64,000 bases of DNA. Source: Eledone cirrhosa (Eukaryota). The stretch spans positions 213,404,001-213,468,000 of the forward strand of contig OZ024741.1 in NCBI GenBank assembly GCA_964016885.1. Reading direction: 5' to 3'. The position numbers were made by a program, and so were the translations under genes. The number at the start of each line of letters is the position of its first letter. Position 1 is the first letter of the stretch. The notes beneath the pieces are model-generated. The model did not search any database, was not told the origin of the DNA, and was given only the letters and a program-made list of their open reading frames with translations. Of the stretch, positions 42,499-57,859 are shown in pieces.

Positions 42499-43019
42499 AG
42501 AGAAAATTGAGGTTGGTAATGGCACATGGAATATATAAGAGACAGAATACTTTTTTGTGAAAAAACATAATTTTATAAGGTAAGGAAATAATAAAGGGTA
42601 TAAAAAATGACCGGTTTCGATGGGTCTGCAAAAGCCATCTTTTCAAATGTTGATTAATATTAAGAAAAATTAATAATACGAAGAGTTAAAATTTGAGACT
42701 TGAAAATTCAAGTATAAAATTCATTGTGGGATTTCATAGCAGTTTTCATCTAGGTTGTTGCTACCTAGATGAAAACTGCTATGAAATCCCACAATGAATT
42801 TTATACTTGAATTTTCAAGTCTCAAATTTTAACTCTTCGTATTATTAATTTTTCTTAATATTAATCAACATTTGAAAAGATGGCTTTTGCAGACCCATCG
42901 AAACCGGTCATTTTTTATACCCTTTATTATTTCCTTACCTTATAAAATTATGTTTTTTCACAAAAAAGTATTCTGTCTCTTATATATTCCATGTGCCATT
43001 ACCAACCTCAATTTTCTCT
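42499..43019. repeat. Perfect inverted repeat, about 257-bp arms with a 7-nt spacer (42756-42762), carrying HHR-like motifs at 42601-42656 (-) and 42863-42918 (+)
   Basis: UUGAAAA-GAUGG...CCAUC-GAAA-CCGG-UC gives a U3-A8 core and palindromic stem III, but stem I is weak. Confidence 0.85.
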
Positions 43020-43022
43020 CTC

Positions 43023-43057
<35 letters not shown>

Positions 43058-43859
43058 ATGTGTGTGCGTGTATACATATAATTAACTAAACGTATATAAA
43101 TAAATAAATACGTATATAACAAGCGCACACACATACCTACATGTAAATACACATATGTTCGGAGACGAACGTCAACCAAAACACAAAGTACACATATACA
43201 CACTCCCTACATACGTACGAACCCGCATACTCACACAGACGCAAAACTCACTTCGCAAAATCATTTTAGTTAGACTAAAATTCTAACTAGGAAACCGAAT
43301 GATTCTCCGCTTCAGAGTTAAGAATAAGTAAATAAAATACAATACAGACGTAATTGATATTAAATAAATACATCCAAATACGTACATACACAAGCAAACG
43401 CGAAAACACTCGCCATAGGTATACAAATACACGCACATATAAATATCTGTGTGTGAGTGCGTGTATACAAATAAATAAGTAATTAAATAAACGTATATAA
43501 ATAAATAAATACGTATATAACAAGCGCACACACATACCTACATGTAAATACACAAATGTTCGGAGACAACGTCAACCAAAACATGAAGTACACAAATACG
43601 CACACCCAACATACGTACGAACCCGCATACTCACACAGACGCAAAACTCCCGTATACACATAACCAAAAGAATTTTTACCAGAATATATAAAAATATACG
43701 CCATAACATATACAATGAAATATACGTACGAGAAAGTATACGTACCTTCACAAAACATATAGGTAATATATACTTACCTATGCAAATAAGTAATGGTATA
43801 AACATAACATATACTTAGCTATCACACCAAGACGTAAAGTATCCACGTATAGATCGTAT

Positions 43860-45154
43860 TATCCGTTAGGGTATAATGTGGGGCTGTAATACAGGAAAGT
43901 TTTGTGCAATTTATGTTTACAAGCCGAAATTGCCTCAGATTTTTTGTTTAAGATGTGGTCTGTGACGTAGAGTATTTCCTGGGCCTCAGCGGCGCAGAGG
44001 TCGCATGGTCTTTTATTTCCGTTATACGATCTAGCCCTAGCTAGGATCTCCCAGTGTAACTTATATTGGGTGTGGTTGTCTTTTAGACTCCAGATATAAG
44101 CTGAAAGTGACGTCATATTCCTTCTTTCTAGGGTAACGAAAAGAATGGGTATGCATGTAAAGACGCTGCTTGAATCTATTGGAGGTTAACCCTATGTAGG
44201 CCCTACGGGACGTGGGTGTTTCAACCTTACATTTGTAGACAATGTTACTAGAGAGGCATTTCCCGGTTAGGGGGCAATCAATCCGATTCCTACAATTACA
44301 GTTAGTACTACCTACAGGGTTGCACATGTTCCTACGGCTAGGTAGTTTAGCTAAATTTGAAGCTGTGATGTTATGTGCAAGGTTAAGAGTCGTAGAGTAA
44401 GAGATTTTAATAGTATTTCTATAAAAAATTTGACTATATTTATGTGTAGGGGGAAATGCTTCGTAATAAGGGATAGAAAGATCTTAACTAATGGTGTGGC
44501 CACCTCCATATTATATGGTGGGTTATACCATATAATGCGACGGGATCTATTTCTTCTAGGTCTATTCTCGTACTCTGTATATGCTACCTTATCGACAAAT
44601 CCACTCAGAGCAAGAGCTTCCTTGTAATAAGTGGAATGGTCGTTGAAAATAGGCTCGTTAGTAGATAGACGGGAAATCCTCAACGAAACGTTTCTTACCA
44701 GGTTCTTGGTTATGCTGGCAGGATGGTTAGAATGCTTACTTATGTAATTAAGCGTATCATTCGGCTTTCTAAACGGGTAATACAAGCCATTCGATAAATT
44801 GAGGGTAACGTCGAGGTAATTAACGACCGAGAGGTTGGCCTCAACTTGTATAGAGAGGTTGAAGCCTTTAAAGAAGGCTGTGAGTTCTTTTCTGAACCTG
44901 TAGCAAGCACGAGGGCCGCACTTAGTCATGGTCAAAAGACCATCATCTCGGTACAAACAACTGCCCGCGTTGGGGAATTCGTCCTTGATAGAGAAAAGAA
45001 GGAAAAGGCCGATAAGATCAGTAACCTCCGCAGAATCGCTGGCGCCCATACTCACGTTGAATGGGGTACTATTGGATTTTTTAATCCAAATAGAGTCGTC
45101 GAAATTAATCACCGACTTACCGGCATTGAGGATGACATCAACTTCGAAATCCTT
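43860..45154 (-). pseudogene. PLE RT C-terminal part + GIY-YIG endonuclease, frameshifted
   Basis: FNVSMGASDSAEVTDLIG, LYRDDGL, VNYLDVTLNL, PFRKPND..YISKHSNHP, WYNPPY, CNCR...CPL...C...NIVY..AYIGLT, CDLC..E. Confidence 0.9.
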
Positions 45155-45261
45155 TATTCGTTTTTTCCCGTTCTTTGCCCGGGAACGTTTCCACGAACCA
45201 ATGTATCGTCTTCCTGTCTTCCTCCGGTTGCAACGTTTTTGAAATATCCACTTCTGCGTTT

Positions 45262-45337
45262 ACAGATTGACTTTGTTAGTTTCAGAAGATCCCGTTAAGG
45301 GTGAAAGCAGCGATTCTTTGCTTAAACTTTAATCTGT
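45262..45337 (+). ncRNA. Hammerhead-fold RNA with atypical CAGAAGA core
   Basis: ACAGAUUGA..AGUUU-CAGAAGA-u.CCC(GUUAA)GGG.u-GAAA-GCA(GCGAUUCUU)UGC-UU-AAACU-UUAAUCUGU. Stem I is bipartite. Confidence 0.65.
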
Positions 45338-45364
45338 TATTTTAATAAATATATATATATACAC

Positions 45365-47130
<1,766 letters not shown>

Positions 47131-47698
47131 TATAATTAATTGAGTTCTTAACACGCAGGATTGATAATGTTTTTGAAAAAACTAATTAACCCACGTGTAT
47201 ATTATTTTACTTTTCCTGTGACTCGCTATTGTCTCCCTTTTCCGCTTCGTGACGCTATGATATTTCCTCAGTCTAAAGACTGCTGGTATTTCAAATTTGG
47301 CGGTCATTCGATGCGTGAAGGGATGACTTAGCGGACACGAAAAATAACTGCGGTAAGAAATGTTTTCTTATATCAAAGTTTAATGGGCATCCACTGATGA
47401 TTTATAAGTGCCCACCTACATATATTCTTACAGGAAAATATGTTAGGCTTCTGCATAAACTGGAAACATTCTCCCAACTTGTAGAAAACTTATAATGAAA
47501 CAATTGTTTGGAAAGAGAGATATATTTTAATTTTAATTATATCTCATATAAAATAATACAACTGGCTTTCCACAAAATACATATAGTTAGCACCCCGAAC
47601 ACTAAATTGGGATTATACTTACGTATATCCTAATGTTTGTTGAGTGAGATGGTTACCAGTCGGAGTTTAGCTTAAAGCTTTCTCTGTTATTGTATTAA

Positions 47699-47769
<71 letters not shown>

Positions 47770-47773
<4 letters not shown>

Positions 47774-47905
47774 CGAAGGAAGTGTGGTAAGGGACCAGGT
47801 GGACTATAACGCACCTGAGTACTCAATACTTAGGGTAGTAGAGTGGGTAATAGGTCTTGAACATTTTCCTATTACCCACTCTACTACCCTAAGTATTGAG
47901 TACTC
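47770..47905. mobile_element. pLTR-tail palindrome (arms 47817-47854 and 47868-47905)
   Basis: 38-bp perfect inverted repeat. Same family as 10635-10725 and 16945-17045. Confidence 0.8.
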
Positions 47906-47938
47906 TGTACTTTATAAATATAATATATATATATATAT

Positions 47939-48054
<116 letters not shown>

Positions 48055-48381
48055 AAATATATGTCACAATTTGACCAATATTTTCAGCTGGGTCCCTGGG
48101 TAGACAGATTAACCCTTTTTAACCTCTAGGGTAGACGAAGATTCCCTCATTCCCCCTTCCTATCAATTTCAGATGTCGTGGTAAAGGTTATGGTCGCTAA
48201 CATTCCTACATCTGATTAAATCATAAAACGACGAACCTATTGTCAATGATTCGATCGATCATGCATTCTTTCAAACAAAATATTGACTGTGTGTCGCTAA
48301 AAAATCAATCAATATTAGTTATATTAAAAAACAATAAAAAAAAACAACTAGCAAGAGATAAACACAATAAAAACGAAAAGA

Positions 48382-48448
<67 letters not shown>

Positions 48449-48840
48449 ATATAGAGGGAGAGGGAGAGTGTGTGGGTGTGTGAGAGAGAGAGAGAGAGAG
48501 AGGGAGAGAGAAAGAGAGAGACAGTGTGTGCGCGTGTGTGTGTGAGAGAGAGAGAGAGGGAGAGAGAGAGAGAGAACAGTATCGAAATAATTATGTGTAG
48601 AGATAGTTTGTTGGCGGAATTTGTCATTCTTCTGTATCGGTTTCCATTGCTTCTGAAGAACTACAAAGATGTGCTTCGTTTATACAAATGGAACTGTAAG
48701 ATTTGTCTTGACTAAACAAAAACAACAAAAGAAAGCAAAACAATAGAGAGAGATTCAAAGAAAGGAAGAAATATCAATAAATTGAAGATCAATAAATGTT
48801 CAATCGATCTGACTTTTAAAATATTCTCTCTCTCTCTCTA

Positions 48841-48872
<32 letters not shown>

Positions 48873-49709
48873 GCGGTTATTCTCTCTCTCTCTCTCTCAC
48901 AGCTATTCTCTTCTCTCTCTGAAAACAAAAGACTTTGAGCTTCGATTGTAACAAGAAGAGAAAAACGAGAGGACAGGACATGACGTGTATTGTATGGATA
49001 GAGGTGAAATTATTTCCTCAAATTGAAATGAAAATACACACAAAAAACAACAAACAAACGGAGAAACAACAACAACAACAACAAGAACAACAACAACTAC
49101 GGAAAGACTGGCAAAAAAATAAGGTCCAGAAGAAGAGTGGAATAGTTCGAGGCAAAATTTCATTGTTCTTCCTCTAATAAACTCTCTTCCGGTTATTTCA
49201 AATTAATCTCGATGGCTTTTCTACCACTTCCGCCCTAGGGGTTACTCTCAAATCGTGCCAAATCGAACGAATTTCATTATTTCTTGTGTAGTCAGACACA
49301 ACACTTCATATTTTACAAGTGGGGAAATGAGATTGTGTGATATTGTAGTTGTTACTGTTGTTAGGGTGTTTGTTGTTGTTGTTGTTGTTGTTGTTGTGGT
49401 TGTTAATAATGTTTAACCCCAGATCAGCTCTGACCTCAGATGACCTACATATAAAGACACTACAACTGTGATCATCTCATTATTATTCCAGGGATATTGT
49501 ATTTATCGAACACTATATTATCGAATGTGAATTCTTCTTGCTTAAATCTTAACGTTCCATACCACATGAGACCACACGAGCAACACATTTTAGAGAAATA
49601 CATAACAGCACTATCACTGTACCACATTTAAAGTAATAACTGTACTATATTTAAAGTCTTTATATTAGTTTAGTCCAAATATCCACCATCTGTCCACCAA
49701 TAAATATAA

Positions 49710-50121
49710 TTATTTCTATTTTAGGCACAAGGCCAGCAATTACTCAGTACATTGCTGGTACTTTATTTTATCGACCCCCGTAAGGATGAAAGGCAAAGTT
49801 AACCTTGACGAGATTTGAACTCAGAATGGAAAGGGCCGGAACTCTATGCATCAAAGCATGGCGTCCGACCCTCTATCGATAATGCCAATAAATATAATAT
49901 AAACAGGATGTTCAGAGTTATGATTGTAGTGGATCATTTTAATTGTTTCTACTATTGGCACAAGGCCAGCAATCACCCAGTGCATTACTGGTACTTTATT
50001 TTATTGACCCCGTAAGGATGAAAGGCAAAGTTAACCTTGGCGGGATTTGAACTCATAATGGAAAGGGCCGGAACTCTATTCATCAAAGCATGGCGTCCGA
50101 CCCTCTACCGATACTGCCAAT
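49710..50121 (-). mobile_element. Two tandem family A SINEs (49710-49890 and 49940-50121)
   Basis: Conserved body and tRNA head on the minus strand. Confidence 0.85.
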
Positions 50122-50939
50122 TTTAATGGTATTTAGTTATTGGTTCATTTTCTAGGGGGTCAAGCGTGATTGGTTGGCTGGTTGGTTGGCTGGTTGATTT
50201 GTTGGTTGGTTGGTTGTCTGGTTGGTGGTTAACGAAAATGAAGCGAGTGAGTAGGTGATTTTAGGATAAGCGGCATAACTCTTTAGATAAAAATATCGGT
50301 TGTTTTGGGTGGGTTATTTCCAAGTTACGTAGCGAATTGGCAGAGTCGTTAGAAGATCGGATAGAATGCTTTGTGGTATTTGTTTTGGCACTCTGCTCTC
50401 ATCCATTCCACGTCGGTAAAAAATTACCAGTCTAGTTTTGGGGTCGTATCTTCCTCCATATCTCTATCTCACTTCCATTTTCTCAATTTCTATCATTCTC
50501 TGGAAAAGATCTGCTGTATTCAGTCGTGGAGAAGGATGGGCTCCGCGAGATTTAAATATGCCCAAGTAACACCGAATATCAATATGGTGTCCCTATGACT
50601 CCCTCGGGAGTTACGGGACCATGCCATTTCTAAGATAATTACATTTTTAAATGAGAGTGACGGGGGGGGGGGAGTAAAGTCAGCACAGTATGCTGACTGA
50701 TAAACTATGACATCATTTATTTGTCACTTTTTTTCTATTTCAACCATACTCATATTTTTAACAAACATTTCTCGAAGCACGATATCGATATTCATGTCCT
50801 TGATTAAGATTAAGAGTATGAGTTACCAATGCACATCAAACATTGATTCAACCAACTCTTGAGGAGTATAGGTTTTACCAAAATATAGATGGACAGTTTT
50901 AATTTTAATTCTTTGTAAATAAGATATATTATATGTAAT

Positions 50940-51364
50940 ATTAGTTTCTAGTATAAGCACAATGTCAGTAATTTGGGGGGATGGGAAAGTCGATTAAATC
51001 GACCCTAATACATTACTGGTGCTTTATTTTATCGACACCGTAAGGATGAAAGGCAAAGTTAACCTCGGTGGGATTTGAACCCAGACCGTAAAGGGCCGTA
51101 ACTCAGTGCTGCAAAGCATGGTCTCCGATTCTCTACCTATACTACAAAATACCGCCTTTATATTATATGCAATAATTGTTTCTACTATTGGCACAAGGGC
51201 CAGCAATTATCCAGTATATTACTGGTACATTATTTTATCGACCCCGTAAGGATGGAAGGCAAAGTTAACCTCGGTGGGATTTGAACTCAGACCGTAAAGG
51301 ACCGTAAACCAATGCTGAAAAGCATGGTGTCCGATTCTCTACCGATACTGCCAATTCACCGCCC
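50940..51364 (-). mobile_element. Two tandem family A SINEs (50940-51156 and 51172-51364)
   Basis: Conserved body and tRNA head on the minus strand. Confidence 0.85.
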
Positions 51365-51796
51365 TTATATTATATGTAATACTACAAAGAAAAATCATCA
51401 CCAAAGCAGTTCTTTCCATTTACCATCAATAAAATGTTAAAACGAGTGCTTAAAAAAGTTCACTATATGCTTAACTTTCTATATTTTTCTCGTGTGATTA
51501 TTTTTTCTTAGGTTCGGTTTTCTGTTTATTTGCATAACACTAAAATAGTCATAGCACCAACTTCCTTCTGAGTCATTGAACACTCTGTTTTTAAATATTT
51601 CGTTTACATGAAATAAAATTGTGCTATCTATGTGTACGGACGTCTATCTCTTATAATAATGCTGTATGTGTGTTTGCCTCTCTATATATGTGTGTGTGTG
51701 TGTGTTTGTTTGTAAATGAATATATATATATATTTACAAACGCACCTTTACATATACAAACACACAGAGATAGATATATATATATATATATATATT

Positions 51797-51899
51797 TAGG
51801 GTGTCACCCTAAAATGTATACACACTTTGATTACCAGTACAGGCAATATTTATTAGAATGGTGTACACATTTTTTTTTTGGGGGGGGGGGGCACCCAAT
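51797..51899. mobile_element. Tiny degenerate Tc1/mariner-type MITE
   Basis: Imperfect terminal inverted repeats agggtgtcaccctaaaatgtatacac / gtgtacacatttttt...ggcaccca in TA context. Confidence 0.5.
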
Positions 51900-51925
51900 A
51901 CACACACACACACACATATACATGT

Positions 51926-51974
<49 letters not shown>

Positions 51975-52569
51975 CACATGCACGCACACCAACAATGGCG
52001 AATGAAAACAGAAACGTCACACACAGACAAACGGTTAACGGTCATAGAGACACAAGCGTGTGTAGAAGTGTAGAATGGTGGACGAAAACACATAACAAGT
52101 AAATCCACCACATTTAAATACAAACACAAGATACTGGACCAACCCTTTTCTTCTCGAAAACAGTAGGAAACTGCTATAGAAATACCCCATTTCCTGGGTT
52201 TTATAGCAACAACCAAAACACTCCATTATATTTTATTAGAAATACAGATTTCTGTTTGAGAGGTTGGAGGGGACATTTTTATAAACATTCTCATCAAATA
52301 GCTAGTGAGTCAGAGATAATGGAAGGCTGGAGCTCCAGAAACAATATGTTTGATACTTACGTCAAGTGCACTCTCCATATTTATTTCGGTATAGAAGGCC
52401 GATCACTTACAGAGATTATTTCTTTGAAATCGAAACTTCGATTTGTTTGGCAGATTGAAAGAATAGTATTAACGGCGGTAAATCGTTAAGGCTGTTTAAG
52501 CTCTAAGTTCAAATCTCATTGACGTCGAATTTACATTTTGTTTTTTCGAGGTTCATTAAATATATTAAT

Positions 52570-52758
52570 GATTGTTTCTACATTTGGCACAAACCAGCAA
52601 TTACCCAGTACATTACTGGTACTTTATTTTATCGACCCTGTAAGGATGAATGGCAAAGTTAACCTCGGCGGGATTTGAATTCAAACCATAAAGGGACGTA
52701 ACTCTATACTTCCAAGCGTGGCGTCCGACCCTCTACTGATACTGCCAATCCACCACCC
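52570..52758 (-). mobile_element. tRNA-derived SINE, family A
   Basis: Conserved body and head. Confidence 0.85.
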
Positions 52759-52781
52759 TTAAATATATTAATAATGTAATA

Positions 52782-54965
52782 CTCTCTGGTCTATTTAAAG
52801 TCTGTCTCGCGCCCGGAAGTACTGTGGTCTAACTAAAATCTGTCTCAAACCTGGAGTATCTGTGGTCTATCTAAAGCAGTGCTACTCAAAGTGGTGGTCC
52901 GCCGACCGGTGTCGGTACGCGAACCATTAGCTACCGGTACGCGGCCCATGTCCAGGCCATGCTAAGGAATCATTTGAGGAATTTTTTTATCACTTTTTTA
53001 TATGTTTTGATATTGTATTATTTGTTTACAAAATAAATAGAAGATAAAAAAAATGGTCAACTGTTATTATATTCATTATATATGTCGTTCCCGGTATACA
53101 TTAATATTACTACGAAATATTAGCGGTACGTGGCACATTGAAAAAAGAATGCCGGTCCGCATCAGATAGTTTGAGAAGCACTGATCTAAAGTCTGTCTCA
53201 AATCCGGGGTCTCTGTGGTCTATCTAAAATATGTTTCAAACCCGTGGTCTCTGTGGTCTATCTAAAGTCTGTCTCAAACCCGGTGTCTGTGTGGTCTATC
53301 TAAAGCCTCTCTTAAACCCGGGGTCTCTGTGGTCTATCTAAAGTCTGTCTCAAACCCGGGATCTCTGTGGTCTATCTAAAGTATGTCTCTCTCTCAAACC
53401 CGGGTTAGGTGTGGTCTTTCTAAAGTCTCTCTCGAGCCCGGGGTCTCTGTAGTCTATCTAAAGTCTGTCTCTCTCACGCCCGGAGTATCTGTGGTCTATC
53501 TAAAGTAAGTCTCTCTCAAACCCGGGGTCTCTGTGGTCTTTCTAAACCTGTCTCGAGCCCGGCGTATCTGTGGTCTTTCTATAGACTCTCTCAAATCCGG
53601 GGTCTCTGTGGTCTTTCTAAAGTCTGTCTCCAGCCTGGAGTATCTGTGGTCTATCTAAAGTCTCTCTCAAGCCCGTCGTCTCTGTGGTCTATCTAAAGTC
53701 TATCTCAAGTCTGGGGTCTCTGTGGTCTGTGTAAAGTCTGTCTCGAGCCCGGGGTCTCTGTGGTCTATCTAAAGTCTATCTGTCTCGAGCACGGGGTCTC
53801 TGTGATCTATCTAAAGTCTCTCTCGAGCCCGGCGTCTCTGTGGTCTATCTAAAGTCTGTCTCCCTCGAGCCCGGAATATCTGTGCTCTAACTTCGTCTCT
53901 CTCGAGCCCGTGGTCTCTGTGGTCTAACTAAAGGCTGTCTCTCTCACGCCCGGAGTATCTGTGGTCTGTCTAAAGTCTCTCTCAAACCCGGTGTGTCTGT
54001 GGTCTTCCTAAAGTCGGTCTCGAGCCCGGCGTCTCTGTGGTCTATCTAAAGTATGTCTCCCTCGAGCCCGGAATATCTGTGCTCTATCTAAAGTCTCTCT
54101 CAAACCCGGGGTCTCTGTGGTCTTTCTAAAGTCTCTCTCAAACCCGGGGTCCCTGTGGTCTATCTAAAGTCTCTCTCGAGCCCGTGGTCTCTGTGGTCTA
54201 TCTAAAGTCTGTCTCTCTCACGCCCGGAGTATCTGTGGTCTATCTAAAGTTTCTCTCAAACCCGGTGTGTCTGTGGTCTTTCTAAGGTCTGTCTCGAGCC
54301 CAGGATCTCTGTGGTCTATCTATAATCTGTTTCAAGCCAGGAGTCTCTGTGGCCTATCTAAAGTATGTCTCAAACCCGGGGTCTCTGTGGTCTATCTAAA
54401 GTCTGTCTCTCTCGAGCCCGAGGTCTCTGTGGTCTTTCTAAAGTCTGTCTCAAGCCTGGGGTCTCTGTGGCCTATGTAAAGTATGTCTCAAACTCGGGGT
54501 CTCTGTGGTCTGTCTAAAGTCTATCTCGAGCCCGGGGTCTCTGTGGTCTATCTAAAGTCTCTCTCGAGCCCGGGGTCTCTGTGTCTATCTAAAGTCTATC
54601 TCCCTCGAGCCCGGAGTATCTATGGTATATCTAAAGTCTGTCTCTCTCGAGCCCGGGGTCTCTGTGGTCTTTCTAAAGTCTGTCTCAAGCCCGGGGTCTA
54701 TGTGGCCTATGTAAAGTCTGTCACAAACCCGGGGTCTCTGTGGTCTATCTAAAATCTGTCTCTCTCGTCCCGAGGTCTCTGTGGTTTTTCTAAAGTCTGT
54801 CTCTCTTGAGCCCGGGGTCTCTGTGGCCTATCTAAAGTGTGTCTCAAACCCGGGGTCTCTGTGGTCTATCTAAAGTCTGTCTCAAACCCGGGGTCTCTGT
54901 TGTCTATCTAAAGTCTGTCTCAAACCCGGGGTCTCTGTGGTTTATCTAAAGTCTGTCTCGAGCCA
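52782..54965. repeat. 38-bp minisatellite with 42-bp variants, consensus GTCTCAAACCCGGGGTCTCTGTGGTCTATCTAAAGTCT
   Basis: Roughly 48 diverged tandem units read directly. Confidence 0.95.
52877..53183. mobile_element. hAT (Charlie-like) MITE inserted in the minisatellite
   Basis: Terminal inverted repeats CAGTGCTACTCAAA / TTTGAGAAGCACTG and an 8-bp target-site duplication ATCTAAAG (52869-52876, 53184-53191). Confidence 0.92.
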
Positions 54966-55300
54966 GAATGCTCATCAGGTCGGTGATTACCCCGGTCTCC
55001 ATGGCATAAACAAATTGAAAGTACAAAACTCCCTAATGGACAGGACGTCAGTGCATGGCAGCGTTAAATCTCCAGCTATTGCTGGTACACAGTTTCAGCT
55101 GAGTAAACAGTAACAACGAGAAAGAAAGTGTTTTGCTCTACAACACAGCATGCAACCCGTGAAGACGCATGGTTAAAAAATTGGGCTTGCAATTCGAAAG
55201 TTGTGAGTTCAATTCTCGGACCGGGTGATGTATTGTTTCCTTGAGCAAGGCACTTTATTTCACGTTGCTCCAGTTTACTCAGCTGTAGAAATGAGATGAT
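54966..55300. mobile_element. Two family B (CORE/V-like) SINE copies in opposite orientation (about 54970-55158 minus; 55159-55300 plus)
   Basis: gtgagttcaattc B box and ccttgagcaaggcactttatttcacgttgctccagtttactcagctg, plus its diverged reverse complement. Confidence 0.65.
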
Positions 55301-56069
55301 AGGACTGGGGTCGATATCATTAAATTACCCAAGACACCTTCAACGAGATATACCTTGGAGGAGGCCAGCTAAACCTGCATAGGTGTGAGCTGTCACACAT
55401 ACAACCCATGCTTTTGGTGGTTGATATTATCGACTAATCCCTTTTGTCCAAATTTCTTAATCCTTGATGAAAGGAATAGTCAGAATCTTAGGTAATTATA
55501 TTTACAAATCTTTACGTTCTGTGTTCAAATCCCGCTGAGGCTAAGATTTGGGGACAACAAATTTCTGTCCTTGGATCTATATATTCAAACATGGTTTCAT
55601 TTCATCTCCACGTCTGAATACAGCATATTTATTCCAGAGAAGGATGGAGTATGGGAGAATGGAAGTGAGAAAGATACTGGTACTTCCCTGATACTTTTTA
55701 TATTGACTTCAGATGGATGAAAAGTGAGATTGGAACTGAGGGAGCAGAGAGCCGAATGGAATACCGCAAAGCATTCTATCTGACGGTCTAACAACTCTGC
55801 CAATTCTAATATATCTTAGAACTGTGATGTATTCACCAAATCATTAGAGTGTCAGTCAAAAGTGCCATATGGTATTTGTTTGATTCATATTAGTTCCAAG
55901 TTCAAATCCCGCCGCGAAAACGCCTGAGCTTTCGGATGCTCACATCGAAACCAAACTGTTAATACAAATATTTAAACACCACACCATATGTTGAGTGTTC
56001 TTTTCTTTTGTTTGCGCACCTCCCACCCCCACCCCTCCCTGTCTCACACTCTCTCTCACTCACCTTTTA

Positions 56070-56119
<50 letters not shown>

Positions 56120-56809
56120 TTGTGTGTTTGTGTGTGTGTATGTGTGTGTGTCTATGTGTGTGTGTCTGTATGTTTGTGTGAGTGTGTGTGTGTATGTGTG
56201 TTTTGTGTGAGTGAGTATGTGTATGTGTTTGTGTGTGTATGAGTTTGTGTGTGTGTGTATGTGTCTGTGTGTGTATGTGTGTGTCTGTATGTTTTGTGTG
56301 AGTGTGTGTGTGTCTGTCTGTATGTTTGTGTCTGTGTGTGTCTCTGTTTGTGTGTCTATGTGTGTATGTTTGTGTGTGAGTGTGTGTAGTCATTCGTGCC
56401 AAAACAGTGGACATAGCGTGTTGTTTATGTTAACACAGATCTATCAGAAAACGATGGGTGAGGGGTTTGGCTGGATAAAGTTGATTGGGGGGGGGGGTGC
56501 GTGTTGGATGTTTAGAGCCCATTGGTAGCCAACATGTTTATTCATGATGGGGATTAAAAAAGGGGTTAGCTGTAAACAAGTTGATGGAACCTAAAATATA
56601 AGCACAGCCCTTTTTTTTTTTATATATATATATAGTAATAGGGAAATTTCCTAACCGCACACAAACACAAACACGCCATGTAATATATACATATATATAT
56701 ATGTGTGCTTGTAAAATCTGTCCAAACCACGTGACAGGATGGGTTCTCTCCCACACATCCCCTCATACTAATCCCATTTCCCCCTCCATGTTCTCACAAC
56801 TCCCTCTCC

Positions 56810-56871
<62 letters not shown>

Positions 56872-57056
56872 CCCCTTGCTTCTGTTGTTTTCCGCTATAT
56901 GTCATCACGATCGATGGCAATGGTCAATCAAAGTGACATTTGACGCCAGGCCCTGTTTACTCAACTAATTTGTACATTGCTGACCACCCATGGTTTACAC
57001 ACGCACAAACACACGCACTACATATCTATATATAAAATGTTACACACATGTGTGCA

Positions 57057-57108
<52 letters not shown>

Positions 57109-57110
57109 AG

Positions 57111-57147
<37 letters not shown>

Positions 57148-57179
57148 TTCTGTGTGTGAGTATATATACATATATATAT

Positions 57180-57223
<44 letters not shown>

Positions 57224-57324
57224 ATATGTGTGTGTGTGTAAAAGGTAAACAGAAATAACAACACAATCGGTACAGTATATGGAAGGGATATATTAGGTTA
57301 ACGCTTGATATAGCAGGAAGAGGG

Positions 57325-57360
57325 TCTTAACGTTTCGGACTTTAGTCTTTCATCAGAAGA
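57325..57360 (-). ncRNA. Minimal hammerhead ribozyme in the PLE 3' pLTR
   Basis: UCUU-CUGAUGA-aaGAC(UAAA)GUCc-GAAA-CG-UU-AAGA. The palindromic ACGU stem III is typical of dimer-forming PLE HHRs. Confidence 0.7.
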
Positions 57361-57859
57361 AAGAATGAGAAATAAAATAGATTGAGGGGACGGGCGGGGT
57401 GGAATTGGAAAAAATGTCTATAGATAAAAATAACAGGTCCATTCATGTTGACATCTCTTGCAAAACTGTTGGTGCTGGCGTTTTGTGTATGATTTGTTTT
57501 TTTAGAAAAAGTAAATGATGGAGCGCGTCTACTTGAAATGAAAAAAAAAAACATTTTCTAAAAAGAGCTATACTTGAGCACGTGCGTAAGCATGTGTTTG
57601 TGTGTGTGTGTGTTATTATACGTCCGTACAAAACTAAGAAGAATGTGTGTGTATATGTGAGTAAAAGAGTGTGTGCATGTAAGTACGAAGCTATGAGCAA
57701 AAGTATGTTAATATAAGGGTGTGTATGTGTGTATACAGAGCAGTGTAGGGAGAAGTGTAATGAGCATATATAGTCGGCCTGTATTAGTTATAAGAGAAGC
57801 TGTTAAGGATCAAGAGAAAGCGATAGGAATCTAGGGATGTGATAATGGACGGGGTATTA

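Larger units (their letters stand above)
41715..45350 (-). mobile_element. Penelope-like element (Nematis-like), 5'-truncated, with long repetitive 3' UTR, 3' pLTR (41715-41940) and inverted pLTR (45155-45350)
   Basis: 41792-41940 is the reverse complement of about 45155-45300. Coding remnants lie at 43860-45154. The 3' UTR has internal duplications (42155-42400 / 43270-43640) and a nested palindrome. Confidence 0.82.

Noticed and set aside
47390-47450. CUGAUGA...GAAA candidate
   Set aside because: Weak stems I and III.
48590-48700. Possible host exon between GA-rich tracts with a GTAAGA donor-like site
   Set aside because: No recognisable protein motif or clear acceptor site; it needs transcript evidence.
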